This document shows, piece after piece, positions 56,947 through 64,000 of a stretch of DNA of 64,000 nucleotides. The notes under the pieces are model-generated. The model did not search any database, was not told the origin of the DNA, and worked only from the letters and a program-made list of their open reading frames with translations. The number at the start of each line of letters is the position of its first letter. The stretch's first letter is position 1. The stretch comes from an uncultured delta proteobacterium. Lineage in GTDB: Bacteria; Desulfobacterota; Desulfomonilia; UBA1062. The DNA lies in the NCBI GenBank assembly GCA_963752595.1, contig CAVVYZ010000005.1, positions 160,001 to 224,000 on the forward strand, given 5' to 3'. The translations under genes were made by a program, and so were the position numbers.

Positions 56947-58823
56947 GCGGCGCCTATATCGTCCAGAAAGAAAACCGAGCGGACCTGCACGAGCTCGCCC
57001 GCCTGCTCTCTTCAGCCCTTTCCTATGGCGGAGAATATGTAAACCATTACTGTAGCCATGGGCAAACCGTCATGGGGCTTGTGGGCAATGATAAGTTCAG
57101 AAAAGGGGTCATGCCGGTCTATATTCCCTCCGAAAGGCTCTGGGTTGTGCTCATGGGAGAGCTCTACGAAAGTGACGGTTTAACCTCCTTCCGGGAGCAG
57201 AATCCTGACATCAGTGATGATGCCGAGGTATTTGCCCGCCTGTTCCGGAGAGGTGATCTGATAAAGGCACTCCCCGACCTCAATGGTGCCTTCTTTGTAA
57301 TGCTCTTTGATCCCCTCGATGATACCGTTATCGCTGCAAACGACAGATACGGCCTCTATCCCATGTATTGGTCACGGAGTGCAGACGGGTTCTGCCTGGC
57401 GAGCAGGGTCATCTGCCCGGTCATATCAGGTGTTGCGGATGGAGAGTGGGATCTCGCGGGGGTAGCCCAGTTCCTTGCCCTGGATGACTTTCTCGGCGAA
57501 ACGACCCTGGTCTCAGGGGTAAGCACATTCCCCCAGGCATCGGTACTGATAAAAAAGGACGGCTCTCTCTCCTGGCAGAAATACTGGAGTTACCGGTATA
57601 TTCCCGATGATCATCTTTTGCCTGAGAAAGAACTGGCTGAAGAACTGGGACAACGTTTCCTCAAGGCCGTGAAGGCTCAGACCAGAAGCGCCAGGCGCAT
57701 CGGTGTGACTTTGAGCGGAGGCCTCGATTCACGGGTTATCGTCGCTGCAGCTTCACATGCAGGAATACCGGTGCGGACTTTTACCTGGGGCAAACCCGGC
57801 TCGTACGATAGAATATTCGCCGGCCAGGTTTCACGTCTCTACAGGACAGAGCACCACGACTGCGATTATGCATGTCACAACCTCCAGACAAGATTCTTTG
57901 ACGGCATCCGGATAACCGAGGGACTCATCAATTACTTTGACTGCCACATGCTCTTTCACCTCCACATCCTCAAAGAGCATGCCGACCTCATCCTCAACGG
58001 ATATGCCGGAGACCTCGTCCTGGGAGGTTCATATCTGAGAAGCGCCTGGATGTCTCCATACCCGAATGGAGAACTTGCCGGGAAGCTCTTTGCCTGGAGA
58101 AATACCCTTGTCCCGGAAAGTTCCCTAGCGGAGGTGATACCCGATTTTCCCCGACTCGAAAGACAATGCCGTCCGTCAATGCTGTATCAGGAAATGATTT
58201 CCCGGCTGGGGAGCGGTCTCCCCCCGGCAGACGCTGCAGATACGTTCTTCCTTGAAAACCGCGTGCGAAGATCCACAGCCATGGGCACCGTGCTGATGAG
58301 GGAAACAGTCGAATCAGCCTCCTGTTTTTTCGATTATCCACTTCTCGATCTCATAACCGCTATCCCTTATACGCTCCGCCATGAGCACCGGATGTACCGG
58401 GAGATGCTGAAATATTCATTCCCCGAATCCTTGAGGGTGCGATGGCAGCGGACCCTGCTGCCTGCATATACACCTTCTGCGATGGATCTGCCTGTCAAGG
58501 CATTCCTCAAGGGTTGCAGGATCCTTGAAAACAACTTCCACTGGCCTCACATCTCTTCCCGCCAGGCACCGGTTGATTTCTCCATCCTGGTCCGCGGAAT
58601 CTTGAGACCCTGGATGGACAGCATTATCTACGATACCTATCCGTTAAGCGATCAGATCCTGAACCCCGATTTCTGCGAGCAGATATGGAACAGTCACCTC
58701 GCAGGAGAAAATCATATCCGCCTGCTCGGTGTCATCGCAAGCATCCGGGGATTTTCCTCACACTTAAGGCAGGCTCGCTCTAAAACAACATCCTGCAATG
58801 TATTCCCTGTTGAGATAAGATAA
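56943..58823 (+). CDS. Asparagine synthetase-like (AsnB family) ATP-dependent amide ligase
   Basis: GELY, LNGAF, NDRYG.YP, LSGGLDSR PP-loop, GYAGD; starts MSG instead of MCG; ATGA overlap with the upstream stop. Confidence 0.85.
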   Translation: MSGAYIVQKENRADLHELARLLSSALSYGGEYVNHYCSHGQTVMGLVGNDKFRKGVMPVYIPSERLWVVLMGELYESDGLTSFREQNPDISDDAEVFARLFRRGDLIKALPDLNGAFFVMLFDPLDDTVIAANDRYGLYPMYWSRSADGFCLASRVICPVISGVADGEWDLAGVAQFLALDDFLGETTLVSGVSTFPQASVLIKKDGSLSWQKYWSYRYIPDDHLLPEKELAEELGQRFLKAVKAQTRSARRIGVTLSGGLDSRVIVAAASHAGIPVRTFTWGKPGSYDRIFAGQVSRLYRTEHHDCDYACHNLQTRFFDGIRITEGLINYFDCHMLFHLHILKEHADLILNGYAGDLVLGGSYLRSAWMSPYPNGELAGKLFAWRNTLVPESSLAEVIPDFPRLERQCRPSMLYQEMISRLGSGLPPADAADTFFLENRVRRSTAMGTVLMRETVESASCFFDYPLLDLITAIPYTLRHEHRMYREMLKYSFPESLRVRWQRTLLPAYTPSAMDLPVKAFLKGCRILENNFHWPHISSRQAPVDFSILVRGILRPWMDSIIYDTYPLSDQILNPDFCEQIWNSHLAGENHIRLLGVIASIRGFSSHLRQARSKTTSCNVFPVEIR

Positions 58824-58944
58824 TGGGAAACTCAAGCATATCCAAGATACGGCCGATGAAATACAATGGAGTATCAAACCCCATCGAGAGAGTATCCGAA
58901 GGCAGTGACGCTCTTGGCCGGTGAACTGAGGGAGGCCTGAGAAC

Positions 58945-59880
58945 ATGACGATCAGCGATATCCAGAAAAAAAATTGTACGCATTTCATAAGAAAAAATCT
59001 TTGCCCTTACAGCAGACCTATCTCCGGAATGATCCGTTCGGCATCCATAGCAATCCTCACCTTGCTCGTCTCCCTATCATCTGCGGCCGCCGCACAGTAC
59101 TCACCCATCCAGTCCCCTGCACGACCTTTCGGGCTGAATATCGTGGATCAGGTACAGGTGGCAGGCTCGGATCAGCGTTCCGCTGATTTCCAGAGCAATT
59201 ACCTGTCTCTCATGAGCCAGTGGGGAAACATGGATCTCACCTCTCCCTCGTTTACCCAGCACACCTCTACCATCGCCCTGGACCCTTCAAAGATCAGCCT
59301 GGCCACTCAGTACGATTCCCGTGTGTATTTTATTGGCGACAATACCTGGAAGCATAGTGCACTAGGATTCAACACTGCAGGAGGAGGGATCACAGGCGGC
59401 AACCCTTTGCTCATTTTTCCGGATGCATCGGAATCAACCACTACCGCAGCGGTAAGACCATCAAAGGTCAAAGTCCCTGTGCGGACTACAACCGATCCTC
59501 TCCTGCCTGGCGACTTCGTCAGTCTAGGCACCCTTTCCGGCGGGACGCAGCTTGATTTCTTCCTGATCTCCGAGAGAACAAAAAAGATCACCGATGTCTT
59601 CTCTACCGAAGCTTCGATCAATCCCGACGGACTCAGCCATGCTCTGGTCTTTGCAAGGCCTGACAGCCCGTACCTGTTCATCGGGTTTGAAGACCTTTAT
59701 GGGGTAAGCAACGGGGGGAGCAACAGCGTCCTCTTTGCCCTGGATGTCGGTGCTGGGAATATCCATGCTTTGACCAATATGCCCGAACCTTCGACAATGC
59801 TTGTCCTGGGCTCATTCCTAACTCTCGTGATATGCCGTAAACGTACCCTTGATCTTAAACGCAAATCTCAAATGACTTGA
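58945..59880 (+). CDS. PEP-CTERM sorting-signal protein with DUF4114-like domain
   Basis: Signal peptide ending AAAA, RVYFIG..LGF, LDFFLI, NPDG..H, FIGFEDL; C-terminal MPEPSTMLVLGSFLTLVICRKR (PEP + TM + basic cluster). Confidence 0.88.
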   Translation: MTISDIQKKNCTHFIRKNLCPYSRPISGMIRSASIAILTLLVSLSSAAAAQYSPIQSPARPFGLNIVDQVQVAGSDQRSADFQSNYLSLMSQWGNMDLTSPSFTQHTSTIALDPSKISLATQYDSRVYFIGDNTWKHSALGFNTAGGGITGGNPLLIFPDASESTTTAAVRPSKVKVPVRTTTDPLLPGDFVSLGTLSGGTQLDFFLISERTKKITDVFSTEASINPDGLSHALVFARPDSPYLFIGFEDLYGVSNGGSNSVLFALDVGAGNIHALTNMPEPSTMLVLGSFLTLVICRKRTLDLKRKSQMT

Positions 59881-61853
59881 TGCGGTTATCCTCAAAACAG
59901 GCGGTGTTGCTCGGCCTGGGAGTGCTCATCCTGGGCATCGCCATTGTTGCCGGATTTTTCAGCTGGCGCTCCTACGTGATAAGCTCGCAGGAAAAGCGCT
60001 CTCTTGCTGCTGCAGAGCGACTCATAGAGCAGGCCCGGCCGAACGAGGCCCTTGCGATCATCAAAACCATGAAGGCCTCATCTCTGCCCGAGAATTCCGG
60101 AAAGTGGCTCTCTTTAGAGATCCGGACGCTTGAACAATCACGGAATATCCACAGATTGCTCTATCTTTACAGTCAGTATCCGCTGGAAGTCCTTACGCAC
60201 GAGAAGGCTTCCCTCCTCGTTGCCCGGGCCCTGCTCGAAACCAAGAAGATGGATCTCTTTACCCAGTTGAGGGATTCATGGCGCCCGCGTGAAAAGAGCC
60301 CTGAATTTTGGTTTGCCCTGGATGTAGACGCTCTCCTTACCCAGAGAAGGCAGGATGAGGCCCTTGCACTCCTCACCTCCCGATCCTTCAAAGGTGAGGC
60401 GGATTGCGGAAGGCTGGTTCGCCTCGCGCTCTTCAAGGCAGGAAAAAACCTGGACGAAGCATGGAACCTCCTGGATGAAGCCTACCGGGCCGATCCGCGT
60501 AATCCGGATGTCCGGTCATTCCGGGCTCAAGTCTTGGAATATGAGGGCAAAATGCCTCCTGCCCGCTTGGAGTATGTTGCCGCCCTTCTCTGCGATCCCA
60601 AAAATCCCTTGCTCCGGGATCAGCTTGCAGACTTCTACCGCAGACAGGGCAATTATATCCTGGCGTTGCAGACATGGATTGAAAGCTTTCCCTCCCCGGT
60701 CCCTGACTTTTTCTGGGTCAAGGCATTATTCTGGGCCAAGGTAACCCATCCTGTGGAAATAAATTTCGCGAAATCCTACGCCCCTGCCGGCGAAATGGCA
60801 CCCATGATCAAGATAATGCAGAATCTTAAGAAAGAGACCTTCTGGGATGATAACCTTCTGGGAGAGGAAGTCTCTCTTAATAAATTGGTTGAAAGCCGCC
60901 AGGAAATATTCTGGCTTCAGTTGATCCAGGCCCTGCAGGAAGGATCGGAGGCCAGGGCAATGGAACTGCTGAAATCCTCTCACTTTAAAAATTCCTCATT
61001 CCATCCTGAACTGGAGCGCACCCTCCAGATCGTCCTCGTCTACCGCAGGTGGGGCGTATTTGTCGAACCAGAGGAACAGACATTTAAACCGTATACATCA
61101 GGAAGACTTGAACACCAGCTTTTTGAGCAGATACATCTGCTTACTCACAAGAAGGACAGTTCCTATAAGAATGTCACCGTGCCGGACGATCTCGATGCCC
61201 TCCTGAAGAGCAAAGAAGCCTTCAGTTCGATGTTCCTCGCTGCCGGATGGTTAGAAGCTGCGATCGGGCTTCATAAGCTCCCGGTCATTCCCGATGGTTT
61301 CCCGGAATGGGTAGCTTATGGATTTACCCAGGCATTGAGATACAACAGGGGAAACAAAGCTGCCCTCGAATTTGCACGCCATCAGAAAATCACTCCTGCA
61401 CTCGATATGCTAACCTCGGAGATACTGCTCGCTGAAAACCGCGCCGACAAGGCTCTGCCAAGATTGCAATTACTTGCACAGAACGATACCGACATAGGGT
61501 TCCGGGCTGCCTGGCTGATGAGCATGGCATCTTTGAACAAAGGCGATCTCAATGAATCAAGGCGGATCGTACAGGATCACAAATCCCTCTCCGGCAGCAT
61601 CGCAGGCAGGCAGATCCTTGCAAGAATCGCCCTGAACGAAGGCAATGTCCCGGAGGCGGACCATTTATACGGAACGCTTGCCGGTGAGTCCCTTGAGGCC
61701 AGATCATATCTTGCCCGCAGGGCCTTCGAACGCAAGGACTGGAAAACGGCCAAAAGATTCACCCAAGAGCTCCTCAACTATTTCCCTGACATGATGGAAT
61801 TACGGGACAACATGCAAAAGATCGCACGGGAAGAGAAGCATGGCCGCCCGTGA
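59880..61853 (+). CDS. Membrane-anchored TPR-like alpha-helical protein
   Basis: N-terminal TM, TPR-like repeats (EA..LL..AY..DP.N..VR..RA; A...Y..AL..DP.N..LR..LA.FY); TGATG coupling. Confidence 0.75.
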   Translation: MRLSSKQAVLLGLGVLILGIAIVAGFFSWRSYVISSQEKRSLAAAERLIEQARPNEALAIIKTMKASSLPENSGKWLSLEIRTLEQSRNIHRLLYLYSQYPLEVLTHEKASLLVARALLETKKMDLFTQLRDSWRPREKSPEFWFALDVDALLTQRRQDEALALLTSRSFKGEADCGRLVRLALFKAGKNLDEAWNLLDEAYRADPRNPDVRSFRAQVLEYEGKMPPARLEYVAALLCDPKNPLLRDQLADFYRRQGNYILALQTWIESFPSPVPDFFWVKALFWAKVTHPVEINFAKSYAPAGEMAPMIKIMQNLKKETFWDDNLLGEEVSLNKLVESRQEIFWLQLIQALQEGSEARAMELLKSSHFKNSSFHPELERTLQIVLVYRRWGVFVEPEEQTFKPYTSGRLEHQLFEQIHLLTHKKDSSYKNVTVPDDLDALLKSKEAFSSMFLAAGWLEAAIGLHKLPVIPDGFPEWVAYGFTQALRYNRGNKAALEFARHQKITPALDMLTSEILLAENRADKALPRLQLLAQNDTDIGFRAAWLMSMASLNKGDLNESRRIVQDHKSLSGSIAGRQILARIALNEGNVPEADHLYGTLAGESLEARSYLARRAFERKDWKTAKRFTQELLNYFPDMMELRDNMQKIAREEKHGRP

Positions 61854-62661
61854 TATCTCTTTTCTTTCGCTCCTTTTCTTTTTGGCGATCTATATCTGGT
61901 TGAGGGATCTCACAGGGATAACTTCTCTGGAAAACACCCTTCCCATACTCCTGTCCCTGCCCCTGTTCGTCTATATGGGGAGCCCCTGGAAACTGCAGGA
62001 AAACCCTCAGCCGATCTCTTACAGCAACCTCGTCATCGGTACGGCAGGGTTTGTCCTGGGCATCCTGATGGATGTTCCACTCCTTCCGGCTGCAAGCTGG
62101 ACGTATCTTTTATGGACATGGCTCTGCCCACGCGTGAATCCACACGATCTACCCTCCGTACGAAGGCTTATGATCCTACCTCTTTTCGCCTTCCCATGGC
62201 TGAATCTCGAAGGGAATTACATTGGATGGTATTTCAGGCTCTCCGGCGCCTGGGTAACTGCGAAGACCTTCTCAGTCATGGGGTTCAATGTGCTGCACGA
62301 GGGCACACAGCTCATAGTCCAGGGGTTGCCTGTGGGAATCGGCGAGGCCTGTTCGGGTATCAATGTCCTCCAATCCATGCTTATAGCCGGTTCTGCCCTG
62401 GCGTATCTCTATGTCGGCAGGTTGAAGATTTTCTGGTTGAATCTCGTGGCACTGGTAATTATTGCGTGGCTGGCAAATACCTTACGGATCGTTATCCTCT
62501 GCATCACGGCGCTGACCATGGGCCGGGAATTCGCGCTGGGAATATTCCATACCTGGGGCGGGTGTCTGGTTCTCTTCCTGATGCTCTGCCTTACCTGGGC
62601 CATTCTCTCCCTGCAAGTTGCATATATCCGAAAGCCTGCCGCCTCATCAGCCTGTCCATGA
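61840..62661 (+). CDS. Exosortase/archaeosortase family transpeptidase
   Basis: Multi-TM; catalytic Cys in EACSGI, Arg in ANTLRI, His in FHTWGG. Confidence 0.92.
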   Translation: MAARDISFLSLLFFLAIYIWLRDLTGITSLENTLPILLSLPLFVYMGSPWKLQENPQPISYSNLVIGTAGFVLGILMDVPLLPAASWTYLLWTWLCPRVNPHDLPSVRRLMILPLFAFPWLNLEGNYIGWYFRLSGAWVTAKTFSVMGFNVLHEGTQLIVQGLPVGIGEACSGINVLQSMLIAGSALAYLYVGRLKIFWLNLVALVIIAWLANTLRIVILCITALTMGREFALGIFHTWGGCLVLFLMLCLTWAILSLQVAYIRKPAASSACP

Positions 62662-63131
62662 AAAGACCCCAACTCATATCGATTCTTATCTGCATCTATT
62701 GCATCCTGAATTCCTTAAATCTTGCAGAGACATGGATGTCAGCGGCAAGAGAAATTGCCGGTCCCATGGCTCTCGGCTTATGGAGCTCACCGGTGATCTT
62801 TTTCTGGTATATCCAGCAGAAAACACCACGGCCGACCAAAGAGAGGCCTCTCCTCTTAGGCCTTGCCCTGTTTTTCTCTTTTACCGGCATGCTGGGATCC
62901 CTGCGAGTCCTGGGCCATATCGGGCTTGCATGCGCCTTTGGCGCACTGCTCCCCAATTTGCCCGTGCATCTTTTCTGGCTTGCTGCTTCTATCTCCTGGA
63001 TGCCTGCACTTGACTGGTTTGGCGGAAGATTCTTCCCCGAGTATGTAACCGTTGCCCGTATTCTCCTGGCAACCATCCCATCCTGGTATTTTGTCCGATC
63101 GGTCCAACGCGTATCCAGGAATCAATCATGA
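62658..63131 (+). CDS. Small multi-TM hypothetical protein (157 aa) in the exosortase cassette
   Basis: ATGA overlaps at both ends; MKRPQLISILICIYC.. with 4-5 hydrophobic segments (C-terminal part of ORF 62112..63131). Confidence 0.7.
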   Translation: MKRPQLISILICIYCILNSLNLAETWMSAAREIAGPMALGLWSSPVIFFWYIQQKTPRPTKERPLLLGLALFFSFTGMLGSLRVLGHIGLACAFGALLPNLPVHLFWLAASISWMPALDWFGGRFFPEYVTVARILLATIPSWYFVRSVQRVSRNQS

Positions 63132-63715
63132 CTCCGCTCGCCGATAAACTTCTCTGGACAGCGCTTATCATGGCGCTCGCTCTCGGAATCCTCTTTGACG
63201 CAAGCTCTCTTCCCGAAGACATGAGCAGGGTAAACCACATCCCCGCCCAAGGCCTCGGGTTTACCAGTGTTGACATACCCTTGAGCTCAAGCGAGCTTTC
63301 CCTGTACTCAAAGGCAGAGGTAGTCAAAAGGTATTATCAGCTGGGCAAGGACCGGTTCATGCTTATCGCCATAGACGGCGCGAAGAACAGGCATGCAGTG
63401 CATGATCCGATATATTGCTTCCAAGGCGCCGGATGGCAGATCGCTGAGAAAATTGCAGTGCCGGTCGAAAGTGGAGAAGCCCTCCTGCTTCTTCTTGAAA
63501 AGAACGGTTCGTATCGCGAGGTGGCGTACTGGTTTACGGACGGTAAAAACCGCCACACCTCTGTGGTGCGATACTGGATTCAAGCAACCTTGCGGAGGAT
63601 AACCATGGGCCGTTCCGGCAAAGAGCCCATCCTGATCATGCTCCAATCCGTTGATGAACACCCGGCGAATTTCAGGAAGATATTCGATCAGTTCGGAGTA
63701 TTATTTGTACTATAA
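63128..63715 (+). CDS. Exosortase-associated EpsI-like protein
   Basis: N-terminal TM, R.Y, NRHAVHDP.YCF.G.GW, V.YWF motifs. Confidence 0.85.
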   Translation: MTPLADKLLWTALIMALALGILFDASSLPEDMSRVNHIPAQGLGFTSVDIPLSSSELSLYSKAEVVKRYYQLGKDRFMLIAIDGAKNRHAVHDPIYCFQGAGWQIAEKIAVPVESGEALLLLLEKNGSYREVAYWFTDGKNRHTSVVRYWIQATLRRITMGRSGKEPILIMLQSVDEHPANFRKIFDQFGVLFVL

Positions 63716-63784
63716 CGTACTCATGTGCTTGATCACACATCCGAATCACCACCAAGACACTCTTTCACCCAAGGAGCCTTACCC

Positions 63785-64000
63785 ATGAGACGCAACCCTG
63801 TGGCCATCCTCGGTATACCCATCGACTGTTTTACCATGGATGAGACCATTCAGTACATCTTCCACCTTATGGAATGCTATGCCTCCGACAAAAAGTCCCG
63901 GCTTGTCTGTACGGCAAATACCGATTTCATCGTGAACACGTTGAGCTGGGATCTCAAGAAAACAAGCCACCCCGAACTCCTTGACATCCTCAGGAAAGCT
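63785..64000 (+). CDS. WecB/TagA/CpsF family glycosyltransferase, partial (runs off the right edge)
   Basis: AAGGAG RBS; MRRNPVAILGIPIDCFTMDET..LVCTANTDF..ELLDILRKA. Confidence 0.8.
   Translation, partial: MRRNPVAILGIPIDCFTMDETIQYIFHLMECYASDKKSRLVCTANTDFIVNTLSWDLKKTSHPELLDILRKA

Noticed and set aside
58824-58944. Sigma-54 promoter or PrsR enhancer upstream of the PEP-CTERM gene
   Set aside because: TTGGCCGGTGAACTG lacks the -12 TTGC element; no convincing match.
62112-62657. N-terminal part of the 339-aa ORF overlapping the exosortase gene on the same strand
   Set aside because: Out-of-frame read-through of exosortase coding sequence; the credible gene begins at the ATGA overlap at 62658.

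Overview
Bacterial chromosomal segment; gene content and order (ispE-spoVG, dnaE-accA, hpt-zinc-ribbon-ruvX-mltG) suggest a Deltaproteobacterium/Desulfobacterota, which is inference only. 1-25.8 kb is housekeeping and signalling (ispE, DegQ/HtrA, AcuC-like deacetylase, RidA, GpgS-like, pilD, accA, dnaE, guaB, sppA, rpsA, LysM, PilZ, hpt, ruvX, mltG, REC and HD-GYP proteins). Essential genes between about 7 and 17 kb carry many indels that look like sequencing or assembly errors. 26-33.5 kb is an LPS-core-type cluster led by an unusual oxidoreductase + radical SAM pair, with two GT9 enzymes, a tandem double kinase and a GT2-kinase fusion. 33.85-35.26 kb is a decayed IS5/IS1182-like element with 18-bp inverted repeats. 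37-64 kb is a Wzx/Wzy-type exopolysaccharide locus of at least 27 kb that runs off the window end. It opens with a REC-PP2C-kinase/STAS partner switch and contains apparent pseudo-enzymes (Wzc-like pseudokinase; nucleotidyltransferase/priming-transferase double pseudo-enzyme), an antisense putative glycoside hydrolase and an AsnB-like ligase lacking the catalytic N-terminal Cys. It closes with a tightly coupled cassette: PEP-CTERM substrate, TPR protein, short exosortase, orphan membrane protein, EpsI, then a WecB/TagA glycosyltransferase. That cassette and its locus are the best candidate for an undescribed system. No rRNA, tRNA or CRISPR array was seen. All calls come from motif reading, with no database searches.
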